This document shows positions 26,274 through 57,898 of a stretch of DNA of 64,000 nucleotides, piece by piece. Source of the stretch: Chrysomallon squamiferum (taxonomy: Eukaryota; Animalia; Mollusca). Position 1 is the stretch's first letter, and each line of letters opens with the position of its first letter. The notes under the pieces are model-generated. The model searched no databases. It saw nothing but the letters and a program-made list of their open reading frames with translations, and was not told the origin of the DNA. The DNA lies in assembly GCA_012295275.1 (NCBI GenBank), contig CM022671.1, positions 8,246,001 through 8,310,000 of the forward strand. The letters run 5' to 3'. A program made the translations under genes and the position numbers.

Positions 26274-29200
26274 TATATATAATCATATTATTAATTTTTA
26301 ATTTCATGTAATTAGGAAAATATTATTTAATACTAATACTGTATTATGTGCTAATATTAATTAAAATAAAAACAAATTTAAACAATTTTTTATTTTGTAT
26401 TATTTAGAACAATATTTAAAATTCATGTCTGATTATTAGATTTTTCAAATTTTTATTCTTTTTATAAATTTTCTTTTCCTTTACAACAACAACAACAATA
26501 ATAATAAAAAATAATTTTAAAATTTTACTAATTATTTACTACTGAAAATTAAAAAATTAAAAACCTTCAAAAATATATATTTATGTAATGAAACTTCTCT
26601 ACTAAATATTGAAATATTATAACTTTAAACAATTATTATTATTATTATTTAATTTTGAAGATTGCCTTCATATTAATTTTTCTATAGCCCATAATTTTAA
26701 TGAATATTTTACTTTTCAGTTTTTATTATTATAATGAAACTTCATTACTAAATACTGGAATATTATGACTTTAAGCAACAGCAACCACATCTATTATTAT
26801 TATTATTATTATTATTTTTATTATTTTTATTTTTATTATTATTATTATAAATTAATTAAGAACATTGCTTCCATATTAATTTTTCTGTAGCCCTTAATTT
26901 TCATGAATATTTTACATTTCAGTTTCCGACAGGTTATCATGGCCACTTCCGGAGTAAATCACGGAATGATTTCATCTGTGAATACCGGCAGCTGGCCAAA
27001 CCTCAGCCCCCAGAGCGGTTTATGAAACGATCAATGGTATGTTTACAAACACATTAAATTTATTTCACTACAAAACAATCAACTTTTAAACAGCTTGGTA
27101 ATATATTTCATTGAGTTTATTTCACTTTCAGACAGTGAACTGTATGTTTATGTGTTAAATTATTTCACATTCAAATGATTAACATTAGTATTTTGTTTCT
27201 CTACAGATAGTGGGGGTCTCTGAATTACACATGTGTGCATATAATGTTTATATATAACTAAACTGTATCAAAATATCATTCCTTTTAACATTTTACAAAC
27301 AAAACTTCTTTAGTATAGCAATAAGACTGGAAAATATTGTTAAGTCACCTTTCTGCTGAATTGGTAGATATTTTCATCTAGACTTTGAATCATTCTGGAA
27401 TTTCTAAATGTTTATTTCTTTTTAGAGTTCAGTAAAAAGTGACTGTAAAATATAAATTGCTGTACTGTAGTAATGAATATCATTTAATTAAATTAATATC
27501 TATAAATGATTTTAGTAGTCTATTCCATGTTAGCTTTAAGTTCTTCCCTTCCTCAAATTAACTTTTCATACTTAGATCTTGATGCTTCTTTTTATATAAG
27601 ACACTTGATTTTAGCTATTTTATCCATACTAGTGATTACACTCCACTTTTTCACACTGTAGGATATGCATAAAAGTTAACATACAGCTGATTATACTGGT
27701 ATCTTTAACAATGAAATATCAGAAATCTATATAAGAATAGAAAATAATCACTGTATTTAAAACACTTTTTTATAATTTATTTGAGCTTCTTAGTGTAAAT
27801 AAAAATTGCATATGTGATTTTTGTAGAAGTGTGTTTGTTGCTTTATTTGCTTCAAAAAAAAAAAAAAAAATTATCCATGCAATTTCCTGAAATTTCTTGA
27901 TACAAACATTTAATTTTTGTAATTATTAAACAGATCTGTAGCATAATAAATATTTGACTTCAACTTTATATTATTATTAAAAAAAATATATACTACTACT
28001 AATAATAAAGAAAACAACATAGCATACAAAAACTTTTTAGTAAGAATTATTTTTAATCTGGATTTTTCTGCTTTATATGTTGCTTAGTTTATACTCTTAA
28101 ATGCCAGGTATTTTCTTTTAAGAAACTAAAATACTATCAAACTGAACACCTTTACTATGAAGTTCCTATTTTACTGTTCACTGATTTGGTCCTAAGTGTT
28201 CATGTTTGTGTTATGATTCTTTTGATACCTCTGTGTCAAAGCAGTCATAGATACACAGTGTATACTCTGTTGTCAAGCTATTATTAATTGATCTAGGCAT
28301 CCAGCACACACCTTTTACATAGCCTTTCACTTGTAGAGACCAGTTCTCTACAATCACATATTAATATAATGCTATGTTTACATAACTGATAAATGCTGTG
28401 GCCCACTCAAAACATCCAGTTGACGTACATAAAAGATCAGATTACAAATATTTATTTTGTTATTTTTGATATCATCATGGGGCATAATGAATCTTTAATT
28501 TTATTTTATCAAACACAAAAGAGTTTTATTCTTCCCAATTTAAACAATTTTATTAACATAAAAAAAAAAAAAAAAGACATAACTAAAATTATTAAAGAAA
28601 GTCTTTATGTTCTAACACCAAATGTAAATTTAGTTTTAAAATTTCCATTAATTTTAATGATTTTATGTATAAGATTCCATTATAAAGTAATTTGAATTTA
28701 AATTTTATTCTCACCTGTGCATATAAAATGTCTGAATTATCAAGAATTATTTTTCCTCTCATTTTTTTAATTTTTTTTTTATATAATCTTGATGTTTTGA
28801 GAATATATAATAAATCATTAAAAAAATTAAATGTCATTAAATATGATTTTATTTTTAACAAAGTTAAATGATATATTTTATGCATTTATCTTTGATATAA
28901 AATGATAAAAAAAAGAGAAAAAAATGATTGTTTAATTTAGTATATCTACAGGTATTTGAAGTATTCAATCATTATTTTATAACTGAGTTTTCATTCCCTA
29001 TTTTATACATTAATTACTATCTTCAGTTTATCAACATTGCTGCTCTTGCTTTTCCAGCAATGGCTTTTGCACCAAGTTACCTTTTAGTATGTATAAAGCA
29101 TTACTACTAAATGACATATTTTGCTAGTTCCCCTTCATGGTTTAACAAGTATAATCAAAATCACTGGTGTAAGCAGACTTATTGATTTGGCCTCTGTATG

Positions 29201-30501
29201 AGGATTAGAGTAACTACCTCGGTTGTTTATTGATAAACCCGTAATTGCAATCTTAACACTGAGGTGAACAAATAACATAATGCTAGGCTTTTAGATACAA
29301 GCTGGCAAGAATCATTGCTATTGTTGTTTGGTTTCATAACTGTTTTTGTTCTATTAATTTTCTCACCTCAGGGAATGTATTTGCTATAGCAAACAGAATT
29401 TCACTTGACTGAAATATTTGTGATAGAAATATGGCAGATTATGAGATAGAAACTGCTACAAGAATTCACAGAACATACCTTCTGTGTTTTGTGCTGACTG
29501 ATTTTTTAAATTCATGTTATAAAACTCATTTTGTTCTGAAAAGTTTTACCTGAATATAGATGGTGCATTTCTGAAATGATACAGTGTGGTCAAGAGATCA
29601 CTGTGAAGAACACAATATATCTGCTTCCATCAAACAACCGTCTCCCCAGCATTTTAATTTTATTTCTTTAAACGTCCAGAATATTTTGGAACAATACCAA
29701 ATTTAAATCATTCTAATATACAATGTTAATATTTGACATAAATAATTTTATGAGAATATAAAATGAAATAAAACAAAATGTTCTGTTATATTTTCTTATG
29801 TATTTTATTTTATTTTATTATTTAAATATTTTATTTTTATTTGTTTATTTATCATTATTATTATAGTGTATATTTGTTTTAAGGATATATTAATCAAAAT
29901 GTAAATTTTAAATTCATATAATTTCTAAACAGAATAGAAAATCATTTTTTGTCATGGAGTCACATATCCTATAAAGGAGATATTGAAAGGAACAGAAATT
30001 AGTTAATAAATCACTCAAGTTTAAACCCTTGTAGACACCATGCAATTAAGTTGTGAAGGAAAAAAAAAAGTGATATATGTGAGTAAAGAATGTATTTTCA
30101 GGGTGGAAAAAAAAAGTACTGTTTTTTTTTTGCCAGGTTTTGTTAAAATATCCTATAAATATTGCTGAATGTATATCTCAAAATATATGTTTCATGGTGA
30201 CACATCCATTTTAATTTTCTGAGAAGAAATCTTTTCTTTATCATTTTCAAAAAATTTATTATAGCAGTTTGAGATATATTGGCTATCATGACAGGAATAT
30301 AAAATATTTTGAAGCAAACATATTTTTTGTCCCAGACTGTAATTTTTGACTCATCATGCCCCTTTTTAATATTATAAATCTCAAATTTAATTAAGTTGAT
30401 TGTATGAACAAATAAAAGCACACCAAACTTTGTGATCTCTGTTTTATAGAGAATTATAGAAATATAATGCTATTTTCTGTATATTCTTTAAAAAAAAAAC
30501 A

Positions 30502-30552
<51 letters not shown>

Positions 30553-33500
30553 TACACAGGTGCATTAACAATGAAAAAAGAAATTTGCTTCAGTTGAAAA
30601 AATAGCCAGTGACATTGTTTATCTATGTCCTATGTTCAGGGACAGGTGTGAATTAATTCTGCTGAAATTCAAATTTAGATAAATGGAAAAGCTTTTGATT
30701 CATATTAAAATAACAACAAATGCTTATATTTATAAACTAATTCAGTACAATATATATATATATTTACTGTACAGAATTAATGAATATATATATTTAAATA
30801 GATAGATAAATAGATAGTGTTAGTTTTAAAATTAAAACACTCCAACTGTCCCACCAAAAATACCACCACCTGACTTGTTTCTCTGATTACTTTAAAAGCA
30901 AAATGTCATGGCTATTTGTATATTTTACTGAAAAATAATTAAACATTTTTCCTGTTTTCAGCAACCAAGTTCAAACCATGTCTTTTCCCACCATGACAAT
31001 CGACAGTCATTCTTGAGAGATGCACTCATTTTCGAACAAGTAAGTTCTCTTCTTTGACAATAATTTTATTATTTTAGCATTGTTTGATTAGTAGAATGAC
31101 TTGAAATAGACAACAGCAATGTTTTATTTCTCGAAGAGACATCAAATTATTTGCAAAGTCATTTTTAAAAATAATTAAGCTTATATTTTTCATTTAATAT
31201 TTTTTGTTCACAATGTAATGCTTTTGTGCTTTTCTTGCTTGCTGTTCATAAATGTGTTATAAATCACTTTAAGAGAGACACATACTTAAAAACATTCACA
31301 ATGTCAGAAATACTAATTCTTAATATATATATATATATTTTTTCAATTTCGGGTGAAACAAGTGACATCAATATAATTCCATATTTGAAAGCAATACCAT
31401 GTACTCTATTGACTCTAGTCTTTATATATGTCACAAAGAATGGAAATGAACAAACAAAATAAGATAATAATGTTATAAACCATTGCCTGTTGCTCGTCAG
31501 TGTAAACTTTCAGATAGTAGATAGCCCCTTGAAATGGCTGTATCCTGATACTGGTGCACATTGTCTGAAGTGTTATAATAAGAGTTAGTTTTATCTGTCA
31601 CTTGGTTTGAAAACTGATAAAATGAAAAACTTTTCTATGAGGCACATAAAACTGCTTCAGAATAACATCAGATGAGACTTTCAGTTTGTTCTTATTAATG
31701 GTATTGATAAAAATAAAAATGAATATTTTTATACAATCAACACACCTTATTTGAACAAAATGTTACTGTACATGATACTTTTAGTTTGTACTTATTAATG
31801 GTATTGACCAAGAAAAAATAAAATAAATAAAAACAATTATTTGGCATTCGTAGCTTAGACCAAAATATTAACAAAATCTTACTGTACAGTGAACTGTAGT
31901 ATATATTTTAGCTGTTCTTAGTAGTATCTGTAGGTGACATTTCAAATTAGAACATGTATAGTAGAAAATATATTAGTGTATATATTGAAAAGAATGATTA
32001 TATCTTATTAAAATTCAGAATATTAAAAAATAACTGTATAAACCACGATCAATTATAAAACAGCAGTTAATGTAATACTGGTCACAAATCACATCACAAT
32101 TTTAATGGAAATTTATAATTAAAAAAAAAAAAAAAGATATAGTATAAGCAATAATTTATATTATTTTTGTTTACTGTTTAACTGTGAGAAATTTAAAAAA
32201 AAAAAAAAAAAAATGAACTAACCTTAATATCCCAAAAACATTTTGATGAAAGAAGTAAATATGTTTAGTACATGTTTTAATATTTTCAATTTTAAAAAAA
32301 GTCAGGTGTACTTGTATGTACATTTTACAAAATTTGTTAATACCAATATTTAGATTTAAGAATTCTGAACTACAAATAAACTTAATTAATTATCCATCTT
32401 GCTGTTCCAAGATGTTCCAAGATGTTCCATTAAATTATGTATGAATAAAGTATTAATAAATTACCAGACAGATGCTGCTTTGATCAACTTTAGCCATTAA
32501 TGGCCCTTGCATGAATCAGTTTGGAATGATAATGTGTTTTAGGGTGAGAGCAAAAGTTCAGAATACTGACAGGCTTAAGCAGATGTTTTTCTATTGTTAT
32601 CATTCATGTAGGAAAAAGTTTTGAATAATTCAGTCACAACATCATAAACATTCAAACAGGATGAGAAGCTAAACTGCTATTTGTAATCAAATATTGAAAT
32701 AATTATAATGAATAAAGCTTGAACAATTACTGAACAGATTTCAACAAATTAAAAAAATGAAATAATAATAATAACAACAACAACAACAATAATAATAATA
32801 ATAATAACAATAATAATGATAATAATAATTCAAAAAAAAAGAAGAAAAACAGAAAGTACAAAGAAATAAGACACAACAAAATGAACCAATTAAAAACAAA
32901 ATAATAATAAATAAATAAATAAATAACAATTTTTGCAATTGCATTTACAAATAAAAACCAATACAAGAGCACAGTGACCCTTTAATTGCTGAATGTGAAA
33001 AAAGTGAATACAGATTATGTTCTTAGGAAGTTTGCCCAGAAATGCTTAGGCTGTAAACATTATGTTTGTTTGAGGAAAAGTATGTTATTAATATTATAAT
33101 ATTATTGTTAATAACTTCTTCCATGAAGAATGTTTCTTTGTCTAAATAATAATTGGTCCATTCTGTTAACCAACTCGTTATGAAGCTAGCACTTTAGTGA
33201 GGACAAAGAAAAAGAGCTTATGCGAGACTTACACGATAATCTTAAGTCATTGTCCATGTGACATGGTTTCTTATCAAGAAAAATCAGGACAAACAAATTA
33301 GCTGAACAAAACAGTTGTAGCCAATAAAAGATGAAATGCTTCACGCAACACCAAATGTGAAAAGAAATCAATGGGTTTTGTGCAAATAACTGACCACAGG
33401 CCCAGGCTTGTTCACTGAGTGTGTGCAAACATGTTATTTATATGTTTACACACACACACACACATGTATATGTATGTATGTATATGTATGTGTGTACACC

Positions 33501-33758
33501 TGCATACCTGCATACATGCCAACATGCATTTGTGTGTGTGTAAGAAAGAAAGAGAGAGTGTGTATGTGCATGTGCATGCATGCATGTCTGTATGTGTATA
33601 AACAATACATTACATATATAATATGTATTATATTTTTTTGGTTCATTTATTCACTATTCATTTTGCACAATGAAAAAAATAATTTATATATGATAAAAAA
33701 AAATCTCGCAAAAAACAACTAGTCACAAATAAGATATGGTTGTATTCCACATAGATAA

Positions 33759-33791
<33 letters not shown>

Positions 33792-35221
33792 CCTAAAAGA
33801 AGGTTATTTGAAAAAGAAAATGATTTGACATTTCAGCTTTGTTCAGCTCTGAAAGGTGATGTCAGTTGTTAACAACAGAATTTTTTTTTCTCTCTGTGCT
33901 GTTCAACTTTTTTGCTTTTATCAAAGTCATTTTAATTAAAGCTATAGATGACACTAGGTACAAAATGTTACATGTAACATGAAAAAACATAATACTGAAC
34001 ACTGCCTTTGTTAGTAACTTGTAATTTCTGTTACATGAGCTCTTATGAAACAGAACTGAGAATGTTTTTATAAAGTAAACCTTGCAACATTATTTTGAAT
34101 AAAAAAAAAAAATATATAGATGATAAAATTAAATGTGGAAAGAAAAACCTTGTTTAGCATAATGTACAAAAAAGGGAAAAAGGAAAAAGATTAAAAAAAA
34201 TATATATATATATCAAGAAGAAAAAGAAAGAAATAATAAGAATCAGTATCAGATTAATAATTACATATATATATATTTTTTGAATACTTATTATTTTAAA
34301 ATTTAAAATTTTTTAGTATTATTATTTTAATTTTTTTATTTTTTGGTTTTGTTTGTTACTGCATTGAATATTAATAATATCTAGGATAGAGGTACAGTTC
34401 GTTATCATAATTAGTATTAAAACAAATGAAACAACAGACTTTGTTCAAAGGTGTAATCATTAATAACAAATTAAAAACTGGAACAGGTTAAAATAATTAA
34501 ATATAGTAAATAAGTATTTATTTCTTTATTTCTTTATTTTATTTTTTAATTAATCAATTTATTTATTTTTAGTTTTCATTCTAATTTTAAATTATTTATT
34601 ATTTCTATTTTTTTTCAGGGACTTGGTAGAAAGCGAGTTGCAAATCAGACATACAGTTTTAAGCCTGAATTTATAACATGGATGCCAGAGAGAGAATATG
34701 TGATGAAAACACTCCGTCCACAGGTTTCTACTTACAAAATTGACTTTAGACAGGATGAGAATATCCCACAACTGCTAGTTAAAAGACCACAGACATCATT
34801 TGACAGCATTCCCACGACAACATATCGGTATGCTCATGGCCGCGATTCACCTAACAAGGAGGTGATAGATGCCATGAACAACAAGGCACTTTCATTAACA
34901 GCACACTCTCGAAGACTTCGTCCCAAGACGGCAAAACCACAATATAGGGAAACTGTCGCCTCCTGCCTCAACTGGTACGTTCCAAAACCCCCAGTCAGAC
35001 CACGGGTTCCAAGTGCAACCCAGCTTACAGACTTTGAAAATCAAACTGAATCGACATCAGTCAAACAAGAAATGATGCAACAGAATGGTCAGGATGATGT
35101 CGTATGGCCTACACCACAAGCTGTTCAAGAGATGGCACCACAACCTGTCCAAGAGATGGCTCCACCAGCAGCTGATCCAGCTCCTCCTACTGTACAAGTA
35201 GTTGTAACAGCCGCAGAATAA
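25838..35221 (+). CDS. CIMIP7: Ciliary microtubule inner protein 7 (C3orf84, HDNR-motif protein), 273 aa
   Basis: Four phase-0 exons: 25838-25864 (MTSSVVGSW), 26923-27036 (FPTGYHGHFRSK..EYRQLAKPQPPERF), 30962-31039 (HVFSHHDNRQSF), 34619-35221 (GLGRKR..STYKIDFR..TTTY..VASCLNW). These match recalled C3orf84 motifs VGSW, GHYRS, AKPQPP, HDNR, GIGRRK, VSECLNW. Confidence 0.88.
26588..26925. repeat. Diverged tandem duplication of the 3' end of CIMIP7 intron 1
   Basis: AATGAAACTTC..TACTAAATA...CATATTAATTTTTCT.TAGCCC.TAATTTT.ATGAATATTTT...TTTCAGTTT is present twice (about 26588-26722 and 26733-26925). Confidence 0.8.
30503..30550. repeat. (CA)n microsatellite
   Basis: Pure CA run. Confidence 0.95.
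31680..31895. repeat. ~100-115 bp diverged tandem duplication in CIMIP7 intron 3
   Basis: AGTTTGT.CTTATTAATGGTATTGA and AACAAAAT.TTACTGTACA each occur twice in the same order. Confidence 0.7.
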
Positions 35222-36903
35222 AGGATGTCATGACATCATTTTTATATTTTAACACCACCAGTTTGGGTAAAAGTGTATTGGAAAACTGTGTATTAAGTGT
35301 TAGGAGTATGATACAGTAGTTTAGTTCAGTCAGTAATCATATTATAAAATTATAGTTAATCAATATTCATCTATTAAATTATAGTTAATTAACAGTCATA
35401 TAAAAAAATTGTTATTATTATTATTATTCTTATTAGAGAATCAATACAGAATAATTTACATAGAGAATAGAATGTCTTATTCATGTAAAGATATTACAGA
35501 AAAAATACATTAATAAAACTAATTGTATTATAACATCCCTTTTCTTTGTATATTTTAATTTGGACATATATAATAAAAAAATAATTAATGCATTTATAAT
35601 ATAATAATAATAATAATAATATAAATAATAATAAAAATTCCATAACGAAAATATTATCTTCTAAAGATCAGAATTCTTGGTATCAGTAGTTTGCCAGATT
35701 AATATTAAATTATGAATAAAATTCTAGGAAGTTATACATGTATTCATTTCAAAAAATACAACAGACATGTAATTTCCCAGTATTATAATTATATGCACCC
35801 ATTTTTAACAGTATTCATAAAGAGCTCAAGTGTACTTGTAATTATTTTAATGTTTTGTATTATTACACCATTTATTCTCCAGAAATATTTTCATTTCTTA
35901 TGTTGTATTTGTGTTAAGACATGTTAAGGAGACTGAATTAGCTATAACTGTCATCTCATGACAAATAAACATGACAACTAGTGTAATTATCTTCTTAGTT
36001 ACTGGTAAATAAGTAACTTGTTAATTGCTATCATGCAGTGGTGAATAAATTACTAATGAATACAGAGGTCCACATTCCATTTGATTAATGTTTTACATTT
36101 TCTGAATATTTCACTGTATTTTAAAAATTTATGAAAGCTGTTTTAATATATTTTAATATACTGAATTTATTTTTAAATGATGTTAAAATTCTATGTTCTG
36201 TATTGCAGAAATAGCAACTTCAATTTAAAGGTAACTTTTTTTTGAGGGATTTTTAAAAAATAAAATGTTTTGATATTCTATTTACAAACAAGTTTGTACT
36301 TTTTTACAATTGGATTCACTAAATATTTCACTGAAAATATCTTAGAGACTGTTAACAAATAATTTTTAAATAATACTGGTCTTCTTCCAGGTAACAGAAT
36401 TATTCATGTGTCCAGTTTGAATGTTGCCATTATTCATTTGTTTTAAATGTTTAAAAGAAATGTTTGTGATTCGTGATAAAATAATATTAATAATGATGAA
36501 AGAGTGAAGGAATATTTGGACATTAAATTTGATTAACAAAAAAAATAATAATGCTGTCAAATTTAGCTCTAATCTCTTGTATGTTGTAAACCACGTCACA
36601 TTACTCTTTACTGTCACATTATTTTAATATCTTAGTTAATAAAATTATTTTCAAAAATCTTGGTTATATTTCTTTTCTTGTAGACATTTGAAATGCAAGA
36701 AATTTATCTTATTAAGGAAATAGATGTTAGCTGTGTATTTCTCTATTGTAATCACTTGCATGGACAGGAATAAAAATAATAGTTAAAAAACAAAAGTAAG
36801 AACTGGTTTAGAGAAATTTTATTTTATGTACACTAATAAAATTGATATTAAATTGTAGTTCCAATGTCATTTGTTACAAATCTAAAAAAAATTGAATTCA
36901 TCT

Positions 36904-38895
36904 TCAAATGTGATCTCTGTCTTTTGGTGGATTGAGTTTCTTGTATTTCTTTTCTGGCCTACAACAAACAAATTATATAAAAAATAAAACTGAGAAATTT
37001 AATACAACAATGAAATGACAATCTAAAAGTTAAATTTCAAATGAAATATTTCAAATGTAAAATTAAATAAACATTTATACTCCATTGTTTTAAGCATTGT
37101 TAAAGAATAAAAATAACTAAATTAAACATTCAAATTTTTTAAAAACATTACTGCTTACTTAGGATACCAGCGATGTTTTGTTGTAAAAAAGATATTTGAA
37201 AGTTCCTGATCAGTAGGGCCAGTTGGACGATATTTTAGTTTTTCTTCGGTCATATACTGAACTTTCAGAACAGAATCACCCTGGAAATATAATATTTTAT
37301 AATGTAAGGTTTAGTTATATCATTGAAAAATGTAATTAAATGAACAACAATGTACTTTGCTGAGTTAATTTCAGTCATATTTACAAGTCATAATAAAAAA
37401 ATAAAATAAAAATGTATTACAAATATTATTTCTTTTCATTTTAAATTATTTAGGATTTACAGACAGACATACAAAGGTCTATTTCATTAATAAGTAGTAT
37501 TTTTAAGGCTTTGAAAAACTTGGATACACACCATTCCCTTGTAGGGGTCTTATTTTTTAAAATTATTATTATTTTTTTATATTTAAGTCATAAAATAGTT
37601 TCTGACTTTTGGTTTTAGAAACAACTTACTTCTGCCATGTCTGGTTGCCTTGGCAATGGCTGTAGTGAAGGAAAAAAAAAAAGGTTATTCATGAAGGATT
37701 CTGAATTTTTAAAACAAATTGTAGTTCATAAATAAAAAATAACCCTCCACAAAATAAATAATTGCTACCAATTTGTCTGACAAAATTGTGAAACAATTTG
37801 TTTCCAAAGCAAAGATAAAATATCTAATAAAATGTAGAAAGCCAAAATATGTGAGAATGAGAGGTATATCACATTATATAAATAGGATATGTATTATGAA
37901 TGTGGTATATATTAAATTACCTTTGTATGTTCATATGGAAAGTCTGGTTCTGGATGCCAACATATCACAAAACTACCATCTTGTGACAAGCCAACTTGTG
38001 GCACTCTACAAAACAACAAAATTAGTTAAACAGTGTAAATGGTATTAATTCACTTTAAACAAAAAAAATTTAACATCCACATAATATTATTTATTTATAT
38101 ATATATTATATATATATATATATATTATCCTGTATCACAGGAAAAAATGCTGCTAGCCTGCTGTATTATTTGAAAAATATGTATCTTCCTTGTGATAGTA
38201 AAAGAAAACTGGATTGTTTGTTTATGAGATAAACCCTTTTCACATGTATACTTGAACTATCAAATGATTCGTATTATTTTCTGCCGAACATTTATTTCAG
38301 AATAAACTTCAACCACAGGATCAAAATTAACTATGTGACTATTAGTATTACCTGCTTGTGGTACTTGCGTATCTAACAAGCCTGCTGTACGACTGACCTG
38401 AAAGAAGCAAAGAAGCATTTTATTTATCAACGAACTAATGTTTCAGGATTTCTGTTTGAAAATTAATATTTAAATGCAAGGTATACATCGTATGATAGTT
38501 AGGGTAAATTTAAATCTTGAAAAGGGAGGGGGAGAAAGCACTTTTAAAAATGTTATTCAAGTAATTAATCTAATCTTAGTTATAACAATAAGATTAAGAA
38601 TATAATAAAAAGTAACCAATACTGAATATGAATATAATTATTATTCAATATCATTATCATTATGGTTATGTGAATATTTTACTTTTTTTGTGACATTCGA
38701 AATAAAATTCAAATTGCTATTGATTGTACATTTATATATAGATTGTTAAATGAAAAAAATATATATATATTTCTCGCTGTGAAGTGCAGAAAAATTATTT
38801 TATGCTTGGTTTATAAAAAAATGTCTATATATATTTTTACCATGTATTCTTGAAAATGCCTTCGACAAAATCACGTTCCGCACAGCAGCTGCCAT
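36904..38895 (-). CDS. MRPL42: Mitochondrial ribosomal protein mL42 (L42/S32), 130 aa
   Basis: Exons 38895-38841, 38397-38352, 38005-37921, 37659-37630, 37280-37159, 36958-36904 (TGA), all phases consistent. Transit-peptide-like N-terminus, then [38 protein letters not shown] and LNPPKDR. Confidence 0.95.
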
Positions 38896-39007
38896 TTTAT
38901 GTTATTATTCTCGATAATAATAGTTGGTTTTGCATTTTTCACAACGTGGTTGAGCTTCGATAATCGAGTGCCAAGCATCGAGAAGGGATAAAATCATAAA
39001 GGTTGAA
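38896..39007. promoter_or_regulatory. Very compact bidirectional promoter MRPL42 / APEH
   Basis: Only 112 bp separate the two divergent inferred ATGs. CpG-containing, with several TCGA cores (TCTCGATA, TTCGATAATCGAG, ATCGAGA). A YY1-like GCCATTTT overlaps the MRPL42 ATG. Confidence 0.6.
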
Positions 39008-57201
<18,194 letters not shown>

Positions 57202-57771
57202 TGAAATCAACTGAGAATATTTTTTTTTTGGTTCCTTTTTATAAATACTATTTTTCTTCCAATAAGTCCAAAAAGGACTTTATGTGTATGGTTGCACAAT
57301 AAATATTTTCAGTAAGACTTCAAATGTTATTATTAAAGTAATTTTTTTCTTAACAGCATGAAAAGAAATTAAAGAAAGAATACTTAAGAGATGTCATTAA
57401 AGAAATACTTTCTGGCTTTAACTGTGATTTTTTATAAATGTTTATACAATAAGGACACATAAATGTTTGTAGTTTCTGAGTAAAAAAGAAAGAAAATAAA
57501 TAAATAATTGTTGTTTGATATTTTGTAAAAGAGCTGAAGATTACAAATTTGGATTATCAAATTGTTTAGAATTTATTCTAGTTTCTCCTTGTTATTGGGG
57601 TTTCATAGATTATAATGAAGTTACATGGCATCACATACTCTTTCAGAAAGAAACATTTAAGTAAAATATTTTTGAATTAAGTATAATAAAATAGAGAGCA
57701 TATTAAGAATACTTTTTATATATTTTTTAAATGTTTGTCAGCATATAATATAATTCTGACTGGAAACATTT

Positions 57772-57898
57772 TTTTTATCCAAATGTGTAACAGAACAAAT
57801 AAAAAATTATTGTATTGAACGAAATATCACTTAAATTATTTGTTGTATTCTAAATCTTGTGAATGTTGCTTAAATTATTTGATTCATTTGCTGTGACC
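57772..57898 (+). repeat. Diverged direct repeat, copy 1 (copy 2 at ~62293-62405)
   Basis: Shared AACAGAACAAAT..TATTGAAC.AAATATCAC.TAAATTAT..TTCTAAATCTT..AATGTTGCTTA..TTTGATTCATTTGCT.TGAC. Confidence 0.75.

Noticed and set aside
29380-29393. TTTGCTATAGCAAA palindrome as an RFX site in CIMIP7 intron 2
   Set aside because: Terminal bases deviate from the X-box consensus; not supportable without conservation data.
32727-33722. ORFs rich in L/Y/C/V/H
   Set aside because: Translations of (AAT)n, (AAC)n and (GT/CA)n-type simple repeats.
36904-38895. Initial guess of a complex I subunit for the small mitochondrial gene
   Set aside because: The HP..D.PYEHTKP and [10 protein letters not shown] motifs identify mL42.
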